From Felis catus (Eukaryota), in assembly GCF_018350175.1 (NCBI RefSeq), contig NC_058368.1:190714001-190778000 (forward strand): a stretch of DNA of 64,000 nucleotides, in the 5' to 3' direction. Below, piece after piece: positions 1 to 13,200 of this stretch. Both the position numbers and the translations under genes were made by a program. How positions within the stretch are numbered: the stretch's first letter is position 1; each line of letters opens with the position of its first letter. The notes beneath the pieces were generated by a model. The model saw only the letters and a list, made by a program, of their open reading frames with translations. It was not told the origin of the DNA and searched no databases.

Positions 1-555
1 CTCCCTCTTTCCTGGCCACACTTGACAGTTCCATACAGTCTCAAGGAGAAGAGCATCTTAAAATTTCCCAAGCATCCCAAAGAGGGGATATATAGTGAAG
101 AATTGACTGGTATTACTTAGAGGTCTCACGGTTGAAGAAAGTATCAGTGTTTCAGGTCCCAGGGATAGGTGCTGGTGACTAAAACTAGTGGCTCATCTCA
201 AGAGACTGGACACGTACTGATGGCCATGGATTAGACATCTTCCTCCAAGGCAGGAAGATTCAGAATTCCTCCTCATAAATTATATGTCCCTGTCAACTGA
301 ATCTGGTAAGTTCAAATCCTTGAAGACTGAACTACCATTTCTTTATGAAAGTTTTACCCTAACTCACAGTAATCTCTGCTTTCTATAAACTTGTAGCCCT
401 TGACTATATGACTTATTTCCCACAAAGGGACTACTCTGTTGTGCTCCTTTTCTTTTGATACTGACTCACAAACTAATTGTGATTCCATAGATTGTAGTCC
501 CCCCCAACAGCAGAATGTCCTGTGGAAATACGGGATCAACAAAACCCAATGAAGG

Positions 556-735
556 TTCAGAATCCTGGCTTTGCAGTCAGGATGACCTTCTTTTGCATCT
601 TAGGTCTACTAAGTCTGCAAATGATCCAGTTTCTCTCAGTTCTAGTTTTCTAGTTCTAAAAACAGGTAAAGTTAGTCATTTTACTCTGGGTGTTGTGAGG
701 ATTGAATGTGACAGGGTAGTATGGTCAAACATTTA
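556..735 (+). mobile_element. MIR SINE relic
   Basis: ttcagaatcctggctttgc ... ctcagtttct ... ggtgttgtgaggattgaatgtgac matches the MIR core and 3' pattern; approximate bounds. Confidence 0.55.
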
Positions 736-1696
736 CCAGTGTTTTATCTGGGTATTTTCTTTCTCACCAGGGCTATTCCTCTCATCTAGGAGCCAGGCTG
801 GTTTGCTCACTGTCTCAGAGAAGAGATACCATGAGAGAAAACAGAGAAAACAGGAGTCTTTTGGTGCCTTTTGGGTTTGAAAAACTTAGTAGGGAGGGTA
901 CTGGAAATGCCTCAAGACATGATGAGGAAGAGCGAGCTTTCCTCATTTCTGGACCAGAAAAAAGTTGACCACACTTGGGGAAGATAAAAGGCAGAGGCAG
1001 GGGGTGACAAGTTAGGCATTGGCCAGTTCCTGCACCCTGTTCCATGAGGTGAGCCTAGAGAAGACGGAAAAAAAAGAGAAAAGTTTATGGTATCCAGAGT
1101 ATCCCAATGTTGGAAAGAACCTAGGAGGGGCAAGATTCTGGGTAAGATTAACGAACTGGTGTGTTCAGAAAGTAAGACCAGAAACTGTCTTAAGGAGTTT
1201 TCTCTGCTCCCATGTGATGCAAGAACAGAACAATTATCAAGATAGGCATGCAGATAGCAGAAAGCATTTTTGGGCTTGATGTCTTACAGACAAGAACTCA
1301 GGATATCCCATTAGTGATCTGTGATGACCAGGAATCAGATGAGACAACGGACACCACATTGGATATCAGCAGGATGAAGATATAAAGTGCCATATGGACA
1401 TTCTCCTTTTGTACAGGATAAGCCCTGAGGAAATTATTCTGGGTGTCCCAGCTGGTAGTTTAAGTTCTGTCACTCTGTTCCCCTCTGGTGGAATGAAAAC
1501 TAAAATTACATATTAAGTTGCTACAGAAGAATAAGGATTCTGTATCTTCTATATTTGTATATTTGAGTTGTGGTTGAAATGTGTACACATTACATGCCAT
1601 AAAATGCTTGGGTATATGATGAATTCTAAATATTTTATCTGTCAATCAATAACTATTAAAATTGTTATGTTACACAAACCCTCTGGAGTATAGATG

Positions 1697-1912
1697 GGAG
1701 GTCTGCAAACTATGGCAGATCAAATCTGACTTACCCTCTGTTTATACAAATAAAGTTTTATTGGAATACAGTCATGCTCATTGTGTTTTCACATCGTCTA
1801 TGACTGCTTTCGAGCTATAGCAGAGCTGAGTAGTTGCAATAGAGATCCAATGGCCCTCAAAACCTAAAATATTTACTCTTTTACCCTTTATATAAAACAT
1901 TTGCTGACTCCT
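1697..1912. mobile_element. MER58A-like hAT-Charlie non-autonomous DNA transposon
   Basis: gcaaactatggc...aaataaagttttattggaatacagtcatgctcatt...aaacctaaaatatttact...tttgctgactcctg. Confidence 0.75.
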
Positions 1913-1952
1913 GGTTACAATCTTGATTGCTTTAGGATATAGCATACATGCT

Positions 1953-2346
1953 CGTATTAGCCATTAGTCAGGTTTCTTCAGAGAAAAGAACCGATAGGAT
2001 GTGTGTATCTATGTGTGTATATTTAAGGAATTGGCTCATGAGATTATGAAAACTGACAAGCCCAAATTCTGCAGGGTAGGCTGGCAGGCTGGAGAAGAGT
2101 TGCCATTTGAGTCCAAAGGCAGTCTCCTGGCAGAATTCTCCCTTTTTCTGGGAAGGTCAATCTTTTTCTATTAAGGCCTCTGACTGATTAAATGAGGCCC
2201 ACCCGCATTTTGCTTTATTCAAAGTCTACTAATTTAAATGTTAATCTCATCTAAAAATATACCTTCACAAAAACATCTAGACTAATGTTTGACCAAATAT
2301 CTGGGTACTATGGCCCACTAATTGACACTTAAAATTAACCATCGCA
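1953..2346 (-). mobile_element. MLT2-family (ERVL) solo LTR
   Basis: tattagtcaggtttcttcagagaaaagaacc...aaggaattggctcatg...ttgacacttaaaattaaccatcgca is the reverse complement of the MLT2 termini. Confidence 0.8.
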
Positions 2347-3745
2347 CACATGCATGCACACATACACCTGCAGCGGTGCCCTGTGAAAACACAATGCTAT
2401 CTATATTCTATCTAAAGATCTCACTCAACTTCTCGGTATTGGTTTGCAGTCAATCAGGAAGAGAATACATGACCCTGCACAGTGCTCATTTCCTCAGACT
2501 TTGAGAAAGAATACATTTTTGCTACAAAAATTCAAATTTTCTTCTAGAGAATGAAATCAAGGTAATTGTTTCCCATTTCACATCCCGGTCCTTTGGTGTA
2601 GCACCAGCATGTAAAGGCTAAATCCAAACGGATTTTTGTTCAAATCAGCTGGCATAAAAGATGACGCATTCCCTTTTTTCTCTGTGGGAAAACCAGACGG
2701 GCCTAATTAATAAAATGTATCATATCAATCTTCAATTACGTCTCAGTGGGGAGGGAGACTAGTGCAACCTAGAAGTCTTTAAGCATTGGAGAATGATGTT
2801 TTAATTGAATAAACACATTTTTATTTTTGTATTTAGGGAACCACTTTAAAAACAATGTATCAGGGTCCGATTTTAAGGGAAAAGGCTGAATGTAAAAAGT
2901 CTATTTTAAGAACATGCTATTTTCCCCTCACTTTTGTAAAATAGGTCGAGTGATACATGCCCTATCTCTCTCTCAGGGTGAGCGTGAAAAGCAACTATTT
3001 CGGAGAAATTCTTGAAAATTATAAAAGACTGTACAAACAGAAGCTTATAAAGCAAGGGGGTCAGAACACGCTAGTTGCCTATAGTTTGGATTTGAATATC
3101 AGTACGCAAGAAGTTAAAAAAAAAATCTTCAGTGAATGGCTGAAGACCAAAGCAAAGCAAAAGCCAGGGAGATGTAATTCAGCAGAGCACAGGACTCCAC
3201 CACGCTCACCAAACTCCCAGATCCAGGAGTCAGCACTTCCTCTGAAAATTACAGTGACCTGGGTGAAAAGGTTCATCCTGAAATTTGGACACCAAAGCTC
3301 CCACTTTAATTAGACAACATATTGCAACCTTAGCTGTGGGGAATGTTCTATTTTACCAGACAACCGGAGAACCTCTGAGACCTTAGAGTTCGTAAAGTCC
3401 AGGTTATAACTGCAAATGTCTCCAGGGATGAGGCAAGGAATGTGAGGGAAGTCACTGCAAGTACGGTGTTAAATGGCAGCTGGACCTCAGCCTCATTGTT
3501 GGGAATATGATAAGGAGTGGTGGGGACTGTGGAGAATAAGAGGCCACTCATCCTTTCTGAAGGCAGCAGCTCTATTTGGAGATTCCCTCACTCTTGCCAT
3601 GTTAGAATGAGGGTCCAGAAGAAATGTGAAACTTCCCAATTTTCAAATACTGGCAGCTACCCTAAATTTTAAAAACCACAAGAAAAAACTCCCCATAGTC
3701 CATATGTTAAACCAAACATTTATAGGCTATAAATTGCAATTTCTT

Positions 3746-4004
3746 AAAATAAGCAAGTCATAGGGAGGTAATGTATAGCATGGTGACTACAGTCAATAAT
3801 ACTGTGCTATACATTTAAAAGTTGCTAAGAGAGTAGATCTTAAAAGTTCTCATCACAAGAAAAATCATTTGTAGCTATGTAGGGTGACAGATGTTCACTA
3901 GACTTACTGTGGTGATCATTCTGCACTATGTACAAACACTGAATCATTATGTTGTACACTTGAAACTAATATAATGTTCTATGTCAATTATACCTCATTA
4001 AAAA
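3746..4004 (+). mobile_element. L1MA-type LINE-1 3'UTR fragment (5'-truncated)
   Basis: atgtatagcatggtgactacagtcaataatactg...gttgctaagagagtagatcttaaaagttctcatcac...tgtcaattatacctca plus A tail; TSD-like ttgcaatttct at 3734-3744 and 4007-4017. Confidence 0.85.
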
Positions 4005-5544
4005 TTTTGCAATTTCTGATAGCCTATCCTTCTGATTTTCCTGACAAGAAATAAGAGCACAGAGAAGTGACCACGTGGGGGACACCAGTCAGTCAGCAGC
4101 TAGGGGCTCTGGTCTCTATACCATTTTCTTGTGTTTACTACACTGGGCTACACTGGGCAGATGCATTGATGTCCCCAACAGTTTGATTATTTAACATAAA
4201 TGTGTAACTGCCTCCAAATATTCCTGAAGTTGAGAATATTTTCACACTCTCTTTTCCATCTTCCTACCCACTTCTCAAGACAGAAATGAAAACTATTGTG
4301 GAAGATCCTCAAGATGGGTTTGAGGTCAGATCCATGCACTTCTTCCCCCGCCCCCAAACAAAAGGTTTCATACATTTATTCCTGAACTAACGTACTGTTG
4401 CAGAAGCAAAGTAACAGAGAAAAATCATTTCCCCAATAAAACAAGTGTATTGTTCAGGTAGTAGGGCTGTTTACAGAGTGACAGGATAGGAGCATGTGAC
4501 CTTCACGCAGCATAAATATGTGTGCCATGTCATGTATGAGCCCTTACGGACCCAGCTTCGTTCTTCTCCAGTGCCTCCTCTTGGAGCTGTACCTGATTTT
4601 ATTACCAGATTTCATCAGAATCCACTGGGTAATGGGATGATTGTGCTTTTGTTTCTCGAACAGGCATCACTTGATCATTCAAAGTTTTGTGAGCATACAT
4701 GGCAAGGAACAGTCAATTGCATACACCACAATGGCGGAGAAAAGCAGAGAGAGATCCATGCAATTTTCTTTGCTCAAGTCTGGGGATGTAGGATGCACTG
4801 GTCTCTTTTTCTCCAGGCAGTCAGAGCATGTAACAAGATCTCCTTAATTCCTGCCTTCCTTAATTCCATGATCATAAATATTAGCTTGAACTCACTTGTT
4901 CCCCTCCACATCTCTCTCCATGGTTTTTGTCAGATGGATCCAAACTTTGCATAGCTACTGGACCAGATTTCAAAGACAGCTTGAGTAGAAAAAGTAAAAT
5001 CTACCAAAGGGAACATGAGTGTTATGTTGGATAAGAGAGAAGAAGCTTAGGTGTATTGGAAGCCATGTTTCATTAAATCAATAAATTATTCCTTTAATCT
5101 CCTCCCCTCTGGCTGATTGGCCTCAGATCCATCACTTAACATACTTGTGCTTCAGTTTGCCTTGTGGTAACCACATCTTACACAGCTCTGGGTGAAAGGA
5201 GGGGAGTAGGCTGAGCATGATGTTTGGCACCTGGTTGGCACATGGTAACTGCTAGCGGAGCCTGAGGATACAGCGTACTTAGAATTGCACACATGATAAA
5301 TCAGGGCTTTGAACACATACATACAGGCATGCGAGGGTTATTAGACTACAGTGCAGTTCACTCAAGTTTCTTTTTAACCAACCATTTTTAGCCCTTTCAA
5401 AAGTAGCTTAGTCTGATGTTGCCTTAACATTACACACTAAACAACGCAGAACAATCTAAAAGCATTTAGACAGAAGCTTGTGAGGCAGGACTCAAAAGTG
5501 GTAAAAAAATAGCTGCTGAATACTATGATGTCTGTGATTTGCTT

Positions 5545-5682
5545 CTACATAACATGGGGATGGGGAAGTGAAGTACAGATTGGCTATGAGTTGATAATTG
5601 CTGACGCTGAGTCATAGGTACATAGAGGCTCATTATAGCATTCTGTCTTCCATATATATTTACATTTTTCTCTACTAAAAGG
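5545..5682 (+). mobile_element. Old L1M (L1MC/ME-type) 3' end fragment
   Basis: gagttgataattgctgacgctgagtcataggtacatagaggctcattatagcattctgtct resembles old L1 3' termini. Confidence 0.6.
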
Positions 5683-6451
5683 CAAACAAATGAGCTCATG
5701 TACAGTAGAGTTAGATCTTTGAATATTTCAAAATCTAGTATCTTTCCAATACCCTCTATCTCAGTGCTCACACAGGAATGGCAAATACTTATGCCACATG
5801 TCTCCACTCCCTCACCCATGGCAGACATTAGCAGTCAGTCATGACACTCCTTATCTCCAGGCTCTAGGCAGCTACTGTCAATTAGTGAAAGTTGGTAGAA
5901 TAAAATGAAACTCTTTATTACCAATGTCTAATAAATAAGAAAGGTCATTAGTGTACTTAACTGAATTTTTCTTTTTCCTTTTTGAAGGAATTTTTCTTTT
6001 TCTTTTTTGAAGACCTTGTTGAGTCTTGGCACGATTAGTGGTTAAGACTGTAAATACTGATATTTCAGGAAAGTAGGCTATTTTTCTTTTACAGTGACCA
6101 TCTAATTTGATTTCTATATGGCAACACATCTAATAAGCTAGTCACAAGTTGAGATTCCAGCATATTAATATGAACTCCACACATCAAAATTTCCTTTTCA
6201 TCATTATATTATTAAAGATCTCCCTTTTTATATTCTAACACAGCTCATGTAATTTTGATGTGTGTTTTTATCTGACTTGCATTATCTATTTGGATGATGA
6301 AAAACTCAGTGTTTCCAGAGGAAACTCAGTGCTGATCTGTATTTATTTTATACTTTATTCTTGTCCAGCCAATCTAGCACACACAGATGCTCAGTAAATA
6401 CAGTAAATACATGTGCGGCTTCTGTTCCTGAGATCCACAGTGTTCTTATCA

Positions 6452-6759
6452 AGAGGATGGTAGACTGTAGTCCATTGGCTAAATCTGACCTGACACCTGT
6501 GTTTGTATACAAGCACACAATGGCTTTTACATTTTCAAGTGGTTAAAATTAAATCAAAAGGAGAGTAACATCTCATGATGAAAAAAATCACGAAATTCAG
6601 GTATCATTGTCCAAAAGTAAAGTTTTACTGGAACACAGGCACATCCATTTGTCCATGTATTTACTGTGGCTGTTTTCAAGCTACAATAGGAGGGCTGAGT
6701 AACTGTGACACAGAACATGTGGCCTTCTGAGCTTTCCCAGAGAAAGTTTCCTGACCCTA
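6452..6759. mobile_element. MER58B-like hAT-Charlie DNA transposon
   Basis: ggctaaatctgacc...aatggcttttacattttcaagtggttaaaa...aaagttttactggaacacag...agaaagtttcctgaccct. Confidence 0.7.
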
Positions 6760-6767
6760 ATTTCAGT

Positions 6768-6933
6768 TCAAGGCTGTATAACAGGACTTTCTGCAATGAT
6801 GGGAAAGGTCTGTGTCTCTGTGGTCCAATACAGTGGCCACATGTAGCACATTATGTACCTAGTGTGCCTGAGGAGCTGAATTTTTAAATGTAATTTTACT
6901 TAAATAGCCACATGGACCTAGTAGACAGTACAG
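6768..6933. mobile_element. MER3-like hAT-Charlie DNA transposon
   Basis: actttctgcaatgatggg...gtccaatacagtggccacatgt...gaggagctgaatttttaaat...aaatagccacatg. Confidence 0.7.
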
Positions 6934-6959
6934 TTCTTGTCTGTCCATGATGGCAATTT

Positions 6960-7590
6960 GAGTCCCATTTTGACCTTCAAAGAGTATAGTGTCTCGCCAT
7001 CTCCTTAACCTTCTGACTTCATCATTCATCCTAGTTTTCCCCATACAACTGACCTTCACGTTACCAAATACAGTGTGCCATTGGTGATGTTCATTTTCCT
7101 TGGTATTTCTTCCACTTGAAACCAGTTATTTTCTCCTTCCTGTGCTTCTGAAATGTCTTCCTATCTCTATTGTGGGCTCTTTTTCCCTTAAAAGTAGGCA
7201 TTTACCAACGACTTGGCCAGTCTTCTATTTATAATTGTTTTCCTGACAATAACTTCCACTCTTGTGGCACCAACTGTCATGACTAAGCAGATGGCTTTCA
7301 TATCTGAGTGGTGTTCCCACAAGTCTGCCTGCTGTACGTCTCTATTTAAACAACTCACCAACGTACAAGCTCCAGCTCATTTTTGGCCACCCCCTTTCAG
7401 TCTCTCTTAATTTTCCAGAAAAACTTCCAGTTGCAAGGCTCACATGCTTGGAGTCACCCTTTAGTTTCCCCCCCTCCATCCATACTTGTCTTCAAGGAGT
7501 TGCCATAGTCTTTATACAATCTCTCCCATTCATTCCTCCTATTTCCACTGTTGTTCGAGCATGATCTGTTTTGCCTGGCTTACAACTTTT
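6960..7590 (+). mobile_element. L2 LINE relic
   Basis: Degenerate pyrimidine-rich tract with L2-like blocks (cttggagtcacccttt, ctttatacaatctctcccatt); bounds approximate. Confidence 0.45.
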
Positions 7591-7604
7591 AAAAAATAGT
7601 ATAA

Positions 7605-7836
7605 AACAGTATATTGATTAAGAGCAAGGACTCAAGCCAGGATGTCTGGGTTTGAATCTCAGCTCTGACCTTTATTAGCTCTATGACTTCAGGTAATTTA
7701 CCTGACCTCTCTGTTCCTTGGTTCCCTTATCTGCAGAATAGGGCTAATATGGTAGTTACTTCAATAAGAATGTACAATAGAGGATTAAATGGAAACATGT
7801 TTGTGAAACATTTAGGACACTGCCTGGTAGATACTA
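7605..7836 (+). mobile_element. MIR SINE
   Basis: ttaagagcaaggactc...ctgggtttgaatctcagctctg...cttatctgcagaataggg...gaggattaaatg...tgcctgg. Confidence 0.8.
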
Positions 7837-8707
7837 ATTTTAAGTTTGCATTTAAATAAAAATTTAATATTTTTTGAATATAAAAATTATGTTTTGGGAA
7901 TGATAACTGCTGTTTGATACAATAAAAGAGGTGATAAACTTTTGGTAACCTTTTACCAAGACATCACAGATGACTACCAGCCATGAGCCAAATTCCACTT
8001 CCAGTTGGCTTCTCCAAGCTGCCATAAATAGCAGCAAGTGTTTGGTGCCTCTGTCAGATATTTCTGGTTATTTGGATAAGCATAGACTTTCACTGATGAC
8101 TATTTCTGTGCTTAAGACACAGGACTGATTCGAATGATATCTTATCTTGAGTTCTGAATCATCTTCCCACCCCATTTCCTGCCTGTGGCTTCTCTAATGA
8201 GAACCTCTCCTACATATCAAATTGGAGTATGCCTTCCAAAAGAGAGCTTCAATGACACCATCTAACTGCCAGCAGAGAGGAGGAGACCCCACATTCTTGA
8301 TGAAATACAGTCATGCAAGGTCTTCCATGTGCCTTTCCGACTCCCCATTTCACTCTCCATCTCCTCTTATGAACCAGGGATATGCTTTCTACTTCCTACT
8401 CCTCGGGGAGCCAAATTTCACCCTTTTTCATGACCAACTTGAATACCACCCTTCCACAGTTCTGCCCCCTAGTTTTCTTGCCTTGTCTGACCTTTCTGAA
8501 TATCCTGCATGTCCATCCTCTTCCTTTCTTGTATGGCTACTGCTCTTTCTAAACAATTTGTTTCCTTGGTACAGAGGCTGAGATTTCAACTTTTGGGAAT
8601 TCCACAGTGCTTTGCATATAGACGGTGATCGATAAGTGTGTGTTGCTTTGCCCCAAAGAAGACTAAGGAGAGCTATCACTCAATAAAGATTTAAATACCA
8701 AATACCT

Positions 8708-8909
8708 GGGGCACCTGGGTGGCTCAGTCGGTTGAGTGTACGACTTCAGCTCAGGGCATGATCTTGCGGTTCATGAGTTCGAGCCCCGTGTCAGGCTCTG
8801 TGCTGACAGCTCAGAGCCTGGAGCCTGCTGCAGATCCTGTGTCTACCTCTCTCTCTGCCCCTCCTCCACTTGCACTCTGTTTCTCCCTCAAAAATAAACA
8901 TTAAAAAAA
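8708..8909 (+). mobile_element. Felid CAN-SINE (SINEC_Fc-like), full length
   Basis: ggggcacctgggtggctcagtcggtt tRNA-derived head, CT tract, aataaa plus A tail; TSD taaataccaaata(c/t)ct at 8692-8707 and 8910-8925. Confidence 0.95.
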
Positions 8910-10769
8910 TAAATACCAAATATCTATATGTGCCAGAGCTGTGCTAAAAATAGCACGTTTCAAAATAATTATTAACAGGATTCAAGGCTGAAATGTCCTG
9001 TAGCTCTTCCTGTTCTGAAGTGACATGGTGAGTGCATGTGTGTGCATGTTGGGGGTGTCGGGAAGGGGCTGGGAGTAGATGTCAGCAGAATGTCTCATGG
9101 TTCCTATAGTGGCTGTATCTCTCTCTTCCAGTCACTAATGCGTTGAAGCACATATCTGGGAATTGGCCTTGTAATGATCATGGTTGTCACCTTTCTACCC
9201 TCTATTAGGCAGCAAAACGGTGATCAGCTTGGGATGGGCAGGACCTACAGTCACTGGCACTAAGTGAATGGCACATTTCTCTTGTGCTGGAACCAGCCTT
9301 GAGTTCATATCAGCACAACCTGTCACCAAATAGCGATTTATGACAGACACTGATGCAGAGGGAAAGGAGGGTCAGTGAATGGAAGTGTTATATATTTTCC
9401 TGGCTGGGGCTGCCTGTTTCACCAGACACATTATCTCTGCCTTCTTCAACGTGCAGCTTTGATAACAGTGACATTTTGCTTCCATTCAAAGTTGAGGAAA
9501 GAGAGTCTCAGATAGCTATTCAATGCTGGCACAAGTTGAATTTTCTACCTCCAGTAAACAACTCACCACCTCCTTTTTCTTTGTTATGTTTCATGATCCT
9601 TTCTAAATGGTTTTTAAAGAGGAAAAGAAAGTAACATGGAAAGAAAAGATGGGAAACAAGGAAAGTTTGTTCCACTTGAATGTTTGTCTTTTTAATTCTA
9701 CTGATTTCCAGATTGCCTCAATCCAGATCTAAGACCATCTCATAGTCCTTGAGAAACATCCCCCCACCCCCCTGTACCCCCAGGTTGCTCAAATGTCTAT
9801 TCCTCTTGCTAGGGTGGGGGTAGGGGGCGTGTCAAAATGCTACAGCCACATAAAGTGCTACCATCATGTGGCTTAGTTTCCTGAAATTTTGTCTCCATGT
9901 TCCTCACCCTCTGGTCATCCCTGCCTTTTCTGTTAATCTGCCTCCTCACTTTGTCACAGTAATGCATTTCTCTAAATCCATCATTCCTCTGCCAACTCCT
10001 AGGAGATTGTTCCACTGTCTCATGAGGTGTGAGCACATCTGGAGCTGCTGATTGCTGGAGCAGGTGCCTGTGATGGACAGTCACTGCAAAGAGCTGCTTG
10101 AAGCATGGGAGATCTTTAAAAATCTTTTAAAAAAAACGGCCCCCAGCAGGAATCAGACACATTAATAAATCACAGCCACAGCTGTTAAATCCTGACAGAG
10201 GTTCACAATGAGAAGAAGAAATGGTCAGTTTTAAGGACTGGCCCTGGGAAGTCCTTAAGATTAAATTCCCTTGTGGCTTTGCCTTTGCCTATAAAATTCC
10301 CTAAAGCACAGCTGCTCAGAGACTCAAGAAGAGCCATCCCCAGTTACTCAGAGGAGTTAATCAAAGTGGTTAATCTTGAAGTACCATGCTTATATTGCTC
10401 AGTGCATCTGAAGCAAATAGAATAATCAGGTAGAACTTTGTCCCCTGGACATAAACCTGTTAGCAAGTGGGTGAGCTTTGTGCCAAGAATGGTGGCTGTT
10501 CTGTGTTCAGCAGAGATTCTGTTTAAGGCGGAAGATAGCTGAGGACCCCTGGTGTGGGAGATACAAGCCTGTCTAGAGACACTCTCTGGGTTCCACTGCA
10601 AATGAGACAGTGTCCATGCTAAATACACCAAAAGCTCTGGCTTCTATTGGGGCTGGAGGGAAAATGAGGAAGAAGGTATGAGAAAAGTTCCTTTGCAGAT
10701 TACCATAACCCTACTTTCTCTGGGTATGTGTTTTAGGGAGATGAGAAAATAGTTGACCGAATAAGGGAT

Positions 10770-10990
10770 AGTCTAGCCTACTGGTCTTTGGACTCAGACA
10801 AGCCTGAATTCAAATGGCAGCTGGGTCATTTACTTACAGCATAACTTTGGATTAATAAGTTCCTTAACCTCCCAGGTCTCAATTTCCTTATCAATGAAAT
10901 GGGGATAAAACTTGTACCTGTTAGAATTGTCTTGAAGATCAAATGTAAATAAAGTGTTTTGTACAGTGCTCCGTGTAGATTAGCCACTGT
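10770..10990 (+). mobile_element. MIR SINE
   Basis: cctgaattcaaat...ttccttaacctccc...ctcaatttccttatcaatgaaatggggataa. Confidence 0.75.
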
Positions 10991-11489
10991 TGTTAATAAT
11001 TCATGGAAGAGTGATCTTCTTTCTAAAGTGTTTTTCACCCACTTGGAAGAAAGAGTGTGAAAGTCAAGCCTCATGGCATAAAAGAACATTAGGCCAGCTT
11101 GATTTAACTTCAGTAGACATTAGTTAAGTAGCTAATGTGGAAACTCATTACTGCCAAGACACTAAAGCAAATGACAATATCCCTGTTGTCTTCCCAAACT
11201 GTACTATAAACTTCTTGACAAGGCATGCATGCATGAAGAAATCAGGAAGGGTTCCAAGACAGCACACAAGCAAGCTGGCACTTCGGTGGACAGGGTGATA
11301 CTGAAATTCCTAGGAGTTACACAACAAAGTACAAAGATATTCATGAAGGAGTGCTGATGGTCTTTCCTTTCCAACCATTCCAGAGCATGCTTCATCAAAT
11401 ATTTGGGAAACCACAAAAGCATCCTATACAACAACATGCCCAACTTTCCAAGGAGCATTAGGAACAAAGAAGATTCAGAGACAGAATAA

Positions 11490-12030
11490 TACCAGTGACT
11501 TTCTAGCTCACTCTTCCCTCCCTTGGCGTTTTCTCTACTGTCTTCCATCTCTCCACGTTCATTGCTGTTGACGGGCAGGAGTCTACCTTGTCACCATATC
11601 AGCTGCCCTTGGCCAAGTAGCCCATCGAGTTCTCATCCCACTCTTCTCCCCACTCTGGTGTGCTGGAGCAGTTGTCTCCATTCCAGCATCCAATTCCTTT
11701 AGCACATGTCCTTTGCTTCAATGGCTTTTTAAAATTCCACTTGCAGGGTTTGGCCATGTCTACTCCTTTTAGAAACATTTTTTCCTTCTTGGCTTCTGTA
11801 ACATAACTCCCTTGTCAGCTTCTTTTCTTCCTTCTAGTCCCTAAGTGTATGTATGTCTTTTTCACCCTTTGTTCTTCTCTGGAGATGTCATCCACTGCAG
11901 CCCCGCCTTTGCTCTTCTGCACTTCTGATCTTTTGCTTACTGGGTATTTTTATTCATCTGGTCTCTGTTCCTTCAAAGAAGACTAAAACCTGAAATGATC
12001 CCACTTTAAGCCCCAACCATCCCTAACCTT
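11490..12030 (+). mobile_element. L2 LINE relic
   Basis: Pyrimidine-rich, e.g. ttttccttcttggcttctgtaacataactccc; bounds approximate. Confidence 0.45.
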
Positions 12031-12049
12031 ATTTCTCTAGGAACATGCC

Positions 12050-12320
12050 TTTTTTAAAATGTTTATTTTTGAGAGAGAGAGAGAATGAGAGCATGAGTTG
12101 GGTTTTTAATGTTTATTTTATTTTTGAGAGAGAGAGCGAGAGAGTGACAGCATGAGTTGGGGAGGGGCAGAGAGAGAGACAGAGGGAGACAAAATTGAAT
12201 CAGGCTCCAGGCCCTGAGCTGTCAGCACAGAGATCGACAGAGGGCTCAAACCCACTAACCATGAGATCGTGACCTGAACCAAAGTCATATGCTTAACCAA
12301 CTGAGCCACCCAGGCACCCC
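12050..12320 (-). mobile_element. Felid CAN-SINE with duplicated 3' end
   Basis: Ends ctgagccacccaggcacccc; two successive T-tail/GA blocks; TSD ctctag(g/c)aacat at 12035-12046 and 12321-12332. Confidence 0.93.
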
Positions 12321-12371
12321 CTCTAGCAACATTCTGATCATTCTTTCAGGCTTTACATCTTAGAACAATGT

Positions 12372-12760
12372 TATTCATTCAATGAATATCACTAATATGT
12401 CCTTGAGGATGGTTAGTGTGAATGAGGCATGGCTATCCATGTCTCTTCTCAGCCTACTGGGGGAGAAGAATATTTCAACATGGACACACAACACAGAAGA
12501 ATAATTGCTATGATTGTGTTAAAGACTGGAACCACTTTGAGGGTTCAGTAAAGTCATACAGGAGGAAAAGATGTCTAAACTCAGACTCAAAGAGCAAGGA
12601 GCAGGAAGGGTCCCAGGCAGAATACCAAAGTGTTCCAGGCAGAAGACTATTGAAAGACCAAGTGGGAAGAAAAGGAATTTGAGAATCTGGAAAGAATTCA
12701 CCATTTCTGGAGTCCATAGAGCAGGAAAGCAAAATAGGTCAGGGCACGAAAGACTATTTA
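12372..12760 (-). mobile_element. L2 3' fragment
   Basis: attcattcaatgaatatcact start followed by degenerate purine-rich L2 antisense sequence. Confidence 0.5.
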
Positions 12761-13019
12761 GTCACCATCAAAAGTATCCATGATGACCACATGGATGTGG
12801 AAGCCCACCACGTTATGCTTTCTTTCTTGTCACAGCATTCTTACTTCCTCATCTTACCTCACCTTTTCTTGTGCTCACCCTTGATGGTCTGAAGTCTAGG
12901 GCAGACCATAAAGTTGGTCTAACTAGTGTTGTAACTAGTACTCCAATGTGGACCATAGATTACTCTAACTAGTACATAGTTTGGCAGTTCATAACGTCTT
13001 ACCTGGGAATTTATGCATT

Positions 13020-13200
13020 TACTCATTCATTCATCCACCTAACTCACCCACTCATCTATCCATCTGTCCAATGTTTATTAATGACCTACTGTGTGCCAGC
13101 CCCATGCTTCATAGTACAGGGGAGTAAACAAAACAAAGTTTGTCCCTGGGTTATGAACTTAGAGTTTTGGCAGGAGACAATCAACTGGTAAACAAGTAAC
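13020..13200 (-). mobile_element. L2 3' end
   Basis: cattcattcatcc...tgtttattaatgacctactgtgtgccag...aacaaaacaaagtttgtccctg. Confidence 0.7.

Noticed and set aside
1..530. Possible old LTR-internal relic at the window start
   Set aside because: Could not match it to any family or peptide with confidence.
4496..4954. 152-aa ORF, the longest non-L1 ORF, with an acceptor-like site near 4663
   Set aside because: GTG start, no recognisable protein similarity, no matching strong donor.
8708..8790. tRNA-like A/B boxes in SINE heads
   Set aside because: These are tRNA-derived CAN-SINE heads, not tRNA genes.
10231..10258. 9-bp inverted repeat ttaaggact/agtccttaa
   Set aside because: A stem this short is expected by chance in 64 kb.
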